A stretch of 64,000 nt of DNA from Paraspadella gotoi (Eukaryota; Animalia; Chaetognatha), in contig CM119265.1 in assembly GCA_051294375.1 (NCBI GenBank), positions 16,791,304 to 16,855,303 of the forward strand, in the 5' to 3' direction. The position numbers and the translations under genes are program-made. Positions within the stretch are counted from its first letter, which is position 1; the number at the start of each line of letters is the position of its first letter. Below the pieces are notes generated by a model, which did not search any database, was not told the DNA's origin, and saw only the letters and a list, made by a program, of their open reading frames with translations. Below are positions 1 to 11,970 of this stretch, one piece after another.

Positions 1-3000
1 GCGTGCGTTGGACCGGAATCCGTTAGTGTCACCGCAACGAATCGCCGAGCGTATCTCTCTTTACGCGTATCTCTGAACTCTCGGCTCGCGAGGGGGCGTC
101 TTCCAAGCGTCGATGTCCCGTCACGTAAGCGTCACCGTCCGCGTCACGAGGCGTCCCGCGGAGACGCGTGACGTGCCGCCATAGGAATGAGAAGAGTGAC
201 GGGGTCATTGGCCGCGGCGGCCCGAAAAATGCTGTTCCGCTCGAAGACGTGTTGCCCTCCGATACCACTCTCGATTGACCTTCTTAATTTGCTGGTTTTT
301 TTTTCTTTCTTTCTTTCTTTCTTTCTTTCTTTNNNNNNNNNNNNNNNNNNNNNNNNNNNNNNNNNNNNNNNNNNNNNNNNNNNNNNNNNNNNNNNNNNNN
401 NNNNNNNNNNNNNNNNNNNNNNNNNNNNNNNNNNNNNNNNNNNNNNNNNNNNNNNNNNNNNNNNNNNNNNNNNNNNNNNNNNNNNNNNNNNNNNNNNNNN
501 NNNNNNNNNNNNNNNNNNNNNNNNNNNNNNNNNNNNNNNNNNNNNNNNNNNNNNNNNNNNNNNNNNNNNNNNNNNNAAAAGTCATTTTGCGTCGTTTGAC
601 CCAATTTGATCTCCCAAACATCTTATCCTTCCAAATTAGACTAAAGCGCTCGATATATCCCCCCGTCCGACCAATAGCCTCTTAGATTCTCCCCACTGCC
701 CTCCAAAAAAACACTTATCCGTTTTCCCGCGCAATTTGAGACGGAACCCCACCGATGACCCGACTTTGCCTGACCCACCTCCGACNNNNNNNNNNNNNNN
801 NNNNNNNNNNNNNNNNNNNNNNNNNNNNNNNNNNNNNNNNNNNNNNNNNNNNNNNNNNNNNNNNNNNNNNNNNNNNNNNNNNNNNNNNNNNNNNNNNNNN
901 NNNNNNNNNNNNNNNNNNNNNNNNNNNNNNNNNNNNNNNNNNNNNNNNNNNNNNNNNNNNNNNNNNNNNNNNNNNNNNNNNNNNNNNNNNNNNNNNNNNN
1001 NNNNNNNNNNNNNNNNNNNNNNNNNNNNNNNNNNNNNNNNNNNNNNNNNNNNNNNNNNNNNNNNNNNNNNNNNNNNNNNNNNNNNNNNNNNNNNNNNNNN
1101 NNNNNNNNNNNNNNNNNNNNNNNNNNNNNNNNNNNNNNNNNNNNNNNNNNNNNNNNNNNNNNNNNNNNNNNNNNNNNNNNNNNNNNNNNNNNNNNNNNNN
1201 NNNNNNNNNNNNNNNNNNNNNNNNNNNNNNNNNNNNNNNNNNNNNNNNNNNNNNNNNNNNNNNNNNNNNNNNNNNNNNNNNNNNNNNNNNNNNNNNNNNN
1301 NNNNNNNNNNNNNNNNNNNNNNNNNNNNNNNNNNNNNNNNNNNNNNNNNNNNNNNNNNNNGAGTCATAGAAAATTAGCATTCACGGGAAACGAACTTTTG
1401 TTGTTTTCAAAAGTCTAGATTTTGGTTTTTTTTCGTTCTGTTTTAATTTTTTTATGACAATTCTAAAACTATATTTGTGTAAATTGGTGTAAATTGGTAT
1501 GGATGAAATAATTCATATTAAACCGAAACTTGGAATTCGATTAAAAAGTAGGAAAAAAAACAAACTCGATGATCAATTTAAAAATAGCATCCACAAAAAA
1601 CCTACTCCTTTGGCTATACTTTAATATTAAGATGCGAAAACACAAACGGTTTCTTGGCAACAATATGAACAACAACAACGAGGAGAGCAACGAATCCACT
1701 CGATATTCGTTATGATTAAGAAACGGAACAAAAGGCGAAGGGAGTCTCGTTCTATTTTCCCTCTTCCTCGCCCCCCCCCTTCCCCTTCTTCTTCACCCCA
1801 GTCGAAACTCCCGAGTTAAGTGAATATGGTGAAAATCAAAATTTATGAGTCGCTACGTCGCCGTGGGGGCCGGGNNNNNNNNNNNNNNNNNNNNNNNNNN
1901 NNNNNNNNNNNNNNNNNNNNNNNNNNNNNNNNNNNNNNNNNNNNNNNNNNNNNNNNNNNNNNNNNNNNNNNNNNNNNNNNNNNNNNNNNNNNNNNNNNNN
2001 NNNNNNNNNNNNNNNNNNNNNNNNNNNNNNNNNNNNNAAAAAAAAAAAAAAATACAGGTCGATGTTTCGAAATGGATGCAATGCGCGAGAAGAATTAGAC
2101 TAAGAGGGTTTTGGCCCGCGGCGTGAAATCGCGCATGCGCACACGAAACGACGCTTGTGGTGCGCAGGGTCATGGGCGGAACAAAGAAGGGAATGGACGC
2201 AGTTTACTTGATGAGCGCTTATTCGTTATTGGCACTGACATTTTTTTTGTTTACTTCATTACTCCCAGTCTAGCAAGAAAAACAGGTTACAACTTTGACA
2301 AGAGGTCCTAATTAGAGAACAAATTATAATTTAATTTCTAAAATTTTAAATTTGTACATCGGTTTAAAAAGGATCTGGTAAACGACACCTGCCTTCAAAC
2401 TTCTCGCGATTTCTTATGAAATATTTGAAAAGCGTCTTCGACTCAGAAGCAGACGACACTCGACGGAAAAAAAAATCACTGCAACGAGATGAAATTTTTT
2501 TTGTCTCACTGAATATTTGCGGAGAAGGAAAAAGGGGAGGCAGAGAGAGAGANNNNNNNNNNNNNNNNNNNNNNNNNNNNNNNNNNNNNNNNNNNNNNNN
2601 NNNNNNNNNNNNNNNNNNNNNNNNNNNNNNNNNNNNNNNNNNNNNNNNNNNNNNNNNAGAGAGAGAGAGAGAGAGAGAGGAGCATGATGCAGAGGGATAA
2701 AAATTAATACAGGGAACCAATCTGTCACCCCATGTGACAAGGTGTGGCAAATGAAAGCCATCGACTTGCTCATCTTGATTTCGGTGCCACGATGAAAAGA
2801 GGAAGAGAGAGTGAGAAAGAAAATTGGGTTCGTCATTTCTTGTCGTTTATCGGAGAAATCGTCTCACGTTTGTGAAAAATATTATTATGGAAGGTCTGGA
2901 ATTTAAAGTTATAAAGTGGCGCGCTTTTTTTCTGCAGATGAGTGAACGTATAAATAAATGTTGGCGATTCATGTAAATTATAATCATCATTTTTGTTTTT

Positions 3001-4370
3001 GAAATGACCACGGAGCAGTTTACATAGCACGATGCACAAACAGAGAGAGAGAGNNNNNNNNNNNNNNNNNNNNNNNNNNNNNNNNNNNNNNNNNNNNNNN
3101 NNNNNNNNNNNNNNNNNNNNNNNNNNNNNNNNNNNNNNNNNNNNNNNNNNNNNNNNNNNNNNNNNNNNNNNNNNNNNNNNNNNNNNGAGAGAGAGAGAGA
3201 GAAAGAGTGAGCGAGAGAGAATCGCTAAATGCCATAAAAGCAACGGAGATGGATTAAAGAATACTCTGCGGGAGAGTGAGGAGAGAGAGGGAGAGAGAGA
3301 GAGAGACGCCCAACTTTGGATTTAATTGCTGTTTTTAAATCAATTCTCGAGTAAAAATGAAAGCGGAACATAAAGGCGAAAGAAAAAACGGTCGGAAACG
3401 TCGGCCGGAAAAAAAAAAGACCGGAAAAATAGGCGGCTCCAGCAGCCGGAAATTTGCCGAACAAAACATTTGTTCTTTGGTTTTCTTTTGTTCATCTTAA
3501 TCATTAGCGATTATCCATCATCATTCCTATCAGGAAAAATGAAGAAATCTGGTTGGTTTTTTTCGTTTTTTTTTCGTCTTGAAAATTCTTATCGTTAAGA
3601 ATTTAGTCCTTTAGTCTTTTTCTTCGTTTCGCAAACTGACGATTCTTTAAGAACCGAAATGATGAAATGATATGAATGAGAAACGTGATTTCAGCGAACG
3701 TTCCCTCCTTATTCTCATCGATCATTAACAAAGCCGACGACAACGCCTCCTAAGACGAAGGATAAACAAACAAAGTCGAAAAAAACAAAAGAACGTCAAC
3801 GTTCAAAGCCTTCGCCGCCGTCCTCTTTGTAAGAAACGACGAAGACTTCGAAGACGCCCAAGTTTCCATGACGACGGATTCATGAAGTTCCCTTCGTGAG
3901 TAGAATTCGCCGTCGACCACAACGACAAAGGTTTCCGATGCGAAGGTTTCTTTTTTTTTATTCCCCTTATCGGTCTCCATGGATACGCGCACCCCCGCCC
4001 ACACCCCGACTCGCCACCACTCCCTCCAAATCCCCCTTTCGTCCTCTTCCTCCTCCTCCTCCTCCTCCTCCTCCTCTTCCAATGCGACGTCCGCTCATTC
4101 ATTCCTGTTTCCTTCTCTCTCTGTCTTTGACTTCATCAACCCCGTTGTACGACAAACAGAGTCCGAAGGCAATGAGCCAAGGGATATCGCTGTTCTTATT
4201 GTAGGCCTTCTTTCTTTCCATCCTCCTCCTCATCTTCCTCCTCCCCTTCCTCCTCCTCGGTCTTCCCCTGACAAGTTTACCGATAAAGAGCCAACGGAGC
4301 ATTGTTGACTGATGACTGTTTATACTTTTTCCGAAGAAGGAAAGAAGGGGAAGGAGGAAGTTCTCTTTTT
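1..4370 (+). repeat. Left arm of ~4.4 kb inverted duplication (may extend left of the window)
   Basis: 1-40 gcgtgcgttggaccggaatccgttagtgtcaccgcaacga is the reverse complement of ~9306-9347, and 4300-4370 is the reverse complement of ~5366-5435. Collinear at every anchor checked. This arm has five N-gaps, mostly at microsatellites or homopolymers. Confidence 0.95.
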
Positions 4371-4381
4371 CTCTCATCTTT

Positions 4382-4388
4382 AGAGAGA

Positions 4389-4468
<80 letters not shown>

Positions 4469-4470
4469 TA
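4382..4470. repeat. (GA)n microsatellite with GATA interruptions
   Basis: Read directly from sequence. Confidence 0.95.
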
Positions 4471-5087
4471 GTAAAGGAAAGAAAAAAAAAAAACCGTCAC
4501 CGCGCATTAAATCATCTCTACTCTAGACTCGTTGCCGAGTTGGAAGTTTCCCGCAACGGCTAAAATTAGAATGCACTCAATGATAATTACAAACTCATAT
4601 TTTTTCCGCGTTACTGCCTTTCCTTGCCAAAATAACATGGTTTTCCTCGCGATATCGCTCGCCTTCCGCCGTCAGTGCCCAAGTTTACTGAATTTTATCT
4701 CGGCAATTAGAGATCCAATCACGTCAAAACAATTGTCAACTTTTTCCGTATCTTAAAAGAGTTAAAATCGTTGCGATTCCAGCGCCTCTATTGCCGAAAA
4801 TAAATATTTGAGAACTCATTGAGGTTCGATTGCGTCGAAAGTGCGACGGAATGATGACAAAAATGGCAAGAGCCGACAAGGGGCGTCAACCGAACAACTT
4901 TTTCGATGCAGTGAGAATTCGATAATGGAGATTTGTGTGAGATGGCGGAAGTATGAATGCGAGGCATGAAACTCAACGACGTACTTATGGCCTCGTAGAT
5001 AACTGGTTCATAAATTACTTTAATTTATTGGAACGTTTCGTTGTGCAGTTTTTTTTATCCAAATTTATATAAGATATAACCCATATA

Positions 5088-5113
5088 TATTATATTATAT
5101 TATTATATTATAT
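5088..5113. repeat. (TAT)n microsatellite
   Basis: tattatattattattatatta. Confidence 0.8.
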
Positions 5114-5340
5114 AATCCATATATCCCATTTACAATACATATGTCCCATAAATAACCGATATTTTATAACTACGATGCACTTTTGCTAGCTTAACGTTTC
5201 AAAGTTATAAATAGAATTGACAGAAATAAGCTATAATGTTGTCTATCGTTAAACTCTTCAATCTTGCTCCAGTAACTACAGTAACTCCATGAAACGAGGT
5301 GCGACGGTCGAGCTTGAAAAGAATTGAGCTCGGCTCCTCT

Positions 5341-5365
5341 NNNNNNNNNNNNNNNNNNNNNNNNN
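5341..5365. other. Assembly gap of exactly 25 N; same length at 11695-11719, 19535-19559, 44020-44044, 54410-54434 and 60936-60960
   Basis: Counted directly. Three further gaps are exactly 10 N (10780, 18719, 40826). Confidence 0.95.
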
Positions 5366-7055
5366 AAAAGGAAAACTCCACCTTCCCTTCTTTCCTTCTT
5401 CGGAAAAAGTAGTAAACAGTCATCAGTCAACACATGCTCCGTTGGCTCTTTATCGGTAAACTTGTCAAGGGGAAAGACCGAGTGAAGGAGGATGGGAGGA
5501 GGAAGATGAGGAGGAGGAGATGGAAAGGAAGAAGGCTACAATAAGAAACAGCGATATCCCTTGGCTCATTGCTTCGGACTCTGTTTGTCGTCAACGCGTG
5601 TTGATAAGTCAAAGACAGAAAGAAAAGGAAACAGGAATATGAATGAGCGGACGTCGCATTGAGGAGGAGGAGGAGGAGGAAGAAGAGGAGAAAGGGGGAT
5701 TATTGAGGGGGTGGTGGGCGAAGTCGGATGTGGGCGGGTGCGCCTAACAATGGGAGACCGGTAAGGGGATTAAAAAAAATGAAAAAGAACGCTGCATCGG
5801 AAACCTTTGTGGTGTGGTCGGTGCGAATTTTACTCACGGAGGGAACTTCAATGAATTCCCGTTTCGTTCATGGGAAACTGGGGCGTTCGAAGTCTTCGTC
5901 GTTCTGACAAAGAGGACGGCGGCGAAGGTTTGAACGCTGACGTTCTTTTTGTTTTTTTCACTTTGTTTTGTTTATCCTTCGTCTTAGAGGCGTTGTCGTC
6001 GGGTTGTAAGATCGAGAGATAACGATGGAAGTTCGTGAAATCACGTTTTCTCATCTTATATCATTTCTCATTTCGTTCAAAAAACGTTCAGTTGTGACAA
6101 CGAAGCAAAGAAGATTAAAAGGACTAAATGTATAACCGGATAAGAATTTTCAAGACAAAAAAAAAATAAACAAAAAACCAACCAGATTTCTTCATTTTTC
6201 CGATAGGAATGGATGCCATGGGATAATGCTAATGATTAAGGATGAACAAAAGAAAACCAAGAACAAATGTTTTGTCGGCAAATTCCGGCTTGCTGGACAG
6301 CCGCCTATTTTCCGGTTTTTTTGTTTCCGGGCCGACCGTTTCCGACCCGTGTTTCTTTCGCTTATGTTCCGTTTACATTTTTACTCGAGAATTGATTTTG
6401 TTTTTAATTAAACGCAATTAAATCCAAAGTTGAGCCGTCTCTCCTCTCTCTCATTCTCTCTCTCCTCTCTCTCTCCCTCTCTCTCTCCTTCTCTCTCTCT
6501 TCTCTCCTCTCTTCCCTCTCTCTCCTTCTCTTCTCTCCCTCACTCATCGTTAATCTCGTGCTTATGGTCATAGCGATTCTCTTCTTCTTCTCACCTCTTT
6601 TCTTCTCTCTTCTGCTTCTCTCTCGCTCTCTCTCTCTCTCTTCTCTTCTTCTTCTCTCACTTTCTCTCTCTCTCTCTGTTTGTGCATGTCGTGCTATGTT
6701 AAACGCTCCCAGTTGAGCTCATTTTTCTCAAAACAAAAATGATGGATTATAATACATGAAAGCGCCAACATTATTTATACTTCACTCACTCTGCAGGGAA
6801 AAAAACGGCGCACTTTATAACTTTAAATTCCAGACCTTCACATATAATATTTTTCACAAACGTTGAGACGATTTCTCGATAAACGACAAGAAATGACGAA
6901 CCCAATTTTCTTTCTCACTCTCTCTTCCCTTTCATCGTGGGCACGAATCCAAGATTGAGCAAGTCGATGGCTTTCATTGTGCCCACCCTTGTCACATGGT
7001 GGTGACCAGATTGGTTCCCTGTATTAATTTTTATCCCTCTGCATCATGCTCCTCG

Positions 7056-7087
<32 letters not shown>

Positions 7088-7091
7088 GTAA

Positions 7092-7134
<43 letters not shown>

Positions 7135-9347
7135 CTGCCTCCCCTTTTTTCCTTCTCCGCAAATTATTCAGTTGAGACAAAAAAAAATTTCATCTTCGTT
7201 GCAGTGATTTTTTCCCGTCGGTGTCGGGTCTGCTTTGGAGTCGAAGACCGCTTTTCAAATATTCATAAGAAATCGGGAGAATTTTGAAGCAGGTGTCGGT
7301 TTACAAGATCCTTTTAAACCAATGTAAAATTTAAACTTTTAGAAATTAAATTATAACTTTTTATCTAACTTAGACTTCTTGTCGAAGTTGTAACTACCAT
7401 GTTTTCTTGCTAGACTGGGAGTAATGAAGTAAACAAAAAAAATGTCAGTGCCATAACGAATAAAGCGCTCATCAAGTATAAACGTGTCCATCCCTTTCTT
7501 TGTTCGCCCTGACCCTGCGCACCACAAGGTTCGTTTCGTGTGCGATGCGCGTTCACGCTGCGGGGGCCAAGAAACCCTCTTTGCTGTCTAATTCTTTCGC
7601 GCATTGCATCCATTTCGAAAACATCGACCGGCTATTTTTTTTTGGTATTAAACCTCTTTCTCCGCAACCATCTTATTCCAACAGTCTCAGCCTTCACATC
7701 CAGCGTCATATTCTTAGCTCCCCCCCCTTCAACCGTTCGCGTTGCCACCCTCGGCCCCCTCGGCGACGTGCGACTATAATTTTTTGATTTCACCATCTTC
7801 ACTTAACTCGGAGTTTCGACTGGGGTGAAGAAGAAGGGGAAGGGGGGGAAAGGGAAAATAGAACGAGACTTCCCTTCGCCTTTTGGTTCCGTTTTCTTAA
7901 TCATAACGAATATCGAGTGGATTTCGTTGGCGCTCCTCGTTGTTGCTTGTTTGATTTATTGTTGCCAGGAAAAACCGTTGTGTTTCGCTCTAATATTAAA
8001 GTTAGCCATGGAGTGGGTTTTTTGTGGATGCTATTTTCTATTTGAATCATCGAGTGGTTTTTTTTTCCTTACTTTGTTAATCGATTCCAAGTTTCGGTTT
8101 AATGATGATTATTTCATCCTTTTACCAATTTACACAATTTCACACAAATATAGTTTTAGAAATGTCATAAAAATAAAAACAGAACGAAAAAAACCAAAAT
8201 CTAGACTTTTGAAAACAACAAAAGTTCGTTTCCCGTGAATGCTAATTTTCTGATGACTCAACAAAGTCGATAAAATCACAAAAGAGAAGAAAAACCTTAA
8301 TCAAGGGTATTTCCCCCCATGACTGTCTTCGAATCCCGCTCCAGCTGTTCTGCCCTACCTTGGATAATACCTCGTCGTCGCTTCTCTCCCCTCTCTATCT
8401 CCTCTCTCTCTCTCTTCTCTCTCTTCTCTCTTTCTCTTCTCTCTCTTCCTCTCTTCTCTCCAAGATTCAAGAGCATTAACACTTTTTCTCGAACTGACTT
8501 CCGTTTTTTGGGCCGCGCGATCGTGTTGTTGATGACGAGAGATGGCGCGGGGGTGGTGTGGGGTCCGGGGGTGGGGGCGAGGTGAGGTCGGATGGGGGTC
8601 AGCAATGTCGGGTCATCGGGTGGGGTTCCGTCTCAAATTTGGCGCGGAAGGATAAGTGTTTTTTTGGAGGGCAGTGGGGAGAATCTAAGAGAGCTTATTG
8701 GATTCGGTATGGGGGGATTTTATCGAGCGCTTAGGCTAATTGAAGGATTAAGAAGTTTGGGATCAAATTTTGGTTCAAACGACCGGCACATAATGACTTT
8801 TTTTATCGTGATTGGGAGGGAATAGATGAGGAAGGAGAGGGATAATAAAAAGGAAAAAATTAAAGAAAAAGTATAGAAAGAAAAGTAAAAAGAAAGAAGA
8901 AAGAAAGAAGAAGAAAGAAGAAGAAAGAAAGAAAGAAAGAAAGAAGAAAAGAAGTAAAAGTAGTAAGTAGTATTAAAGAAAAAGAAAGAAAGAAAGAAAG
9001 AAAGAAGGAAGAAGAAAGAAAGAAAGGAAAGAAAGAAAGAAAGAAAGAAAACCAGCAATTAAGGAGTCAATCTGAGGTGGTATCGGAGGGGCAACACGTC
9101 TTCGAGCGGAACAGCATTTCGCGCCGCCGCGGCATGACCGCCGTCACTCTTCTCATTCCTTATGGCGGCACGTCACGCGTCTCGCGGGACGCCTCGTGAC
9201 GCGGACGGTGACGCTTACGTGACGGACATGCGAACGTTGGGAAGACGCCCCCCTCGCGAGCCGAGAGTTCAGAGATACGCGTTAAAGAGAGATACGCTCG
9301 GCGGTTCGTTGCGGTGGACACTAACGGGATTCCGGTCCAACGCACGC
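5366..9347 (-). repeat. Right arm of inverted duplication; gap-free, indel-rich copy
   Basis: Starts immediately after the 25-N gap 5341-5365. Differs from the left arm by many 1-nt indels and has sequence where the left arm has Ns. Confidence 0.95.
8880..9050. repeat. (GAAA)n microsatellite; reverse complement of the (CTTT)n running into the gap at 333
   Basis: Repeated gaaagaaagaaa. Confidence 0.9.
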
Positions 9348-9388
9348 CTTGCAAAGCGGGGAAAAAAAAACATTTAAGTGACTCATCC

Positions 9389-9498
9389 AGAGAGAGAGAG
9401 AGAGAGGGAGAAGAGAGAGAGAGAGAGAGAGAGAAGAGAGAGATGAGAGAGAGAGAGGAGAGAGGGGAGAGAGAGAGAGAGAGTCAGAGAGAGAGAGA
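9389..9498. repeat. (GA)n microsatellite
   Basis: Read directly from sequence. Confidence 0.95.
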
Positions 9499-10965
9499 TT
9501 CATTTGAAAAGTAAAGCTAAAATGCGCGGAAGCGGGGTCGGATGAGACAGAGCCCGTAATAACGGGAAGTTATTGGAGGGATAAAAATAGTTTTTAAGTG
9601 GACGTTGAAGAGAGAAAATGAGATTAGCGCCCGGGGCGAATTTTCAAGGAGGCGGAACTTAATACAATCGAAGTTCAAAGATTCGATTCGTGACAAAAAA
9701 AAAGGCTAAATTTTTAATTTTTTTTTCTATTTCCGTTTTACGGGGGGGGCACGGGGGTGGAGAAAGATTGCCTTTGAAGGTCCTTGTTCGGAGTAAAGAC
9801 TTCATTTCCAAACGTTAATATTGTAAGTCAGCAGAAATTTCATTGATGAATTTTTATTGATTAAAAATAATTACCAGGTAAGGGTTTCGAATGAACATTT
9901 TGTCCCGCGGCACTGGATAAAAGTTCTCACGATGGGAAAGTAAAATTCTTTCCCGCAGAGACTCGAATTTTGATCGACGGTCTTATCAGTTTTATTCTTT
10001 TATTTTCTATTTTCTATTTCGCGCCATTTTTGCTTCAATTTCTGTTGTTTCTTTCGATTTTCAAATTCTTTCCGCTTTTTCGTCACGTTTGGGTCTCGCG
10101 GGGTCGCGCAGAAGCTAGAAAAAGTTTCGGTCTTCAAAGAGAAGTCATCATGGAAGGTCAACGAGGACGAATTACGCTATTGTCGCCGCGGGTATGGCGC
10201 TATATTATTATAAGATGACTGGCGTGGTAATATCTTCTGTAGCGATTTGCCTATTATTCATTTATAAGCCTCGATGCGTTTTCTTTCTTTCATACCAAAG
10301 AAGCCCAATATGATATTAATTACGGCATGCAATAATTTTAGAGGATTTTAAACATGAATTTTTACGGATGCGCTTTGGTGCTCTTCGCTTCCTGACTCTT
10401 CCCATTCGAGTTTCGTTTTGATTCCCGTCCTCCTCGTTGGGGTAAGTTTTATGAAAAATGATAAGCCTTTCGAACTTACCTCCCCCTCTTTTATCTTCGC
10501 TCGTCATCTCCTTGGCAAGGGTTAATCGAGCCGTTCCTTCAGGGTACGAAGGTAAGGTTGTGGTCAGGTCGTTGATTTGGGAAAAGGATTGTCCATCTCT
10601 TACTTACCCTCCCTACTCCCCCCTCCTAGCGGCGATCCCCGATCCCGCTTTTGAAAACTTTAAGTATGACGAAAGTTTCGCGTGACGAACGTCGAGCGGC
10701 GACTTCGTCGTAATTCTCGGTTCGCGTTTCGGCCGTCAGAGGCTTTTGACTTCATTGGTTCTCGTTCGTCGTAGTTCGTNNNNNNNNNNGTCGTCGTCGT
10801 CGTCGTCGTTTGTAGTCACGATTAAATTTCCCTACGGCTAAAAAGTTTCTGGCGTTTTTCATTGGGATCGCGTATGTGGGTTTGAGTGTGCGGGATTATT
10901 GGAATATAGCATGTTCCAAAAATTTTTATTTCGAATGTCGGCGCCACAGCAGCTTGGTGGCCCCG

Positions 10966-10975
10966 AAAAAAAAAA

Positions 10976-11023
<48 letters not shown>

Positions 11024-11032
11024 ACGAGAGAG

Positions 11033-11068
<36 letters not shown>
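10966..11068. repeat. A-run followed by (GA)n microsatellite
   Basis: Read directly from sequence. Confidence 0.95.
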
Positions 11069-11070
<2 letters not shown>

Positions 11071-11720
11071 TGGCAGGAATTTTCCAATGTTGACTTAATG
11101 CTTTCAAAAGTGGAGCGCGTATAATAATAAAGTCGTGACCTTTTTTTTTTCTTGCAGTCTGCGTGCGGCGCGGAAATTCCATCTCCAAGTACGAATCTCT
11201 AGTGGCCAACGATTGGCTGCCAATCGCCGTTCGATGTCGTTGTTGTCATCGTTGTCGTCGGCGTCATTGTCGTCGTTCGGCGTCGATGACTAAGTTTTAT
11301 TTCTTTTTCAAGAAAAATTTATTACTTAATCGGGAAGATATTTTGCGATAATATTATGTTTCTGTTTAAGAAGTACCTTTGTATTATTTTCTAGTATTAT
11401 CTATTAGTTTTTTCTATTTTTAAATTTTCTAATTAATAAATAAAATTCTATTAAAAAAAAGCTATTTTACATTAATTTAAGATTTTATTGGTTGTTTTCC
11501 AACTCGATTGCTAGTTTCTGAAAACCTCAAAAGAAAAGAAAAAAGAAAGAAAAGTAAAACTGACAAGAAATAAAACGTAGAGAGAAAGAAAAAGTAGGCT
11601 TATGAAACTCGGGTTATTATTAAAAATTGTCCTTGGGGGGCAGGATGTCCGGTCCTTGTGGATAGAGACGACTTTGATTAAAAAGGAGGAGAGANNNNNN
11701 NNNNNNNNNNNNNNNNNNNG

Positions 11721-11723
<3 letters not shown>

Positions 11724-11764
<41 letters not shown>

Positions 11765-11767
11765 GAG

Positions 11768-11810
<43 letters not shown>

Positions 11811-11888
11811 AACTCTTTATCAGCCTGTTCCATCTCGAATGAACTCGAGTTTGCTTCACTCTTCATTTTCGCAAACCAAAAAAAACAA

Positions 11889-11970
<82 letters not shown>
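11724..11970. repeat. (GA)n and (TC)n tracts in inverted orientation around an 82-nt spacer
   Basis: (GA)n 11724-11806, spacer 11807-11888, (TC)n 11889-11970. Confidence 0.9.

Noticed and set aside
1-9347. Long-TIR or foldback transposon
   Set aside because: The arms are ordinary microsatellite-rich DNA, the spacer has no transposase ORF, one arm abuts a 25-N gap, and differences look like read indels
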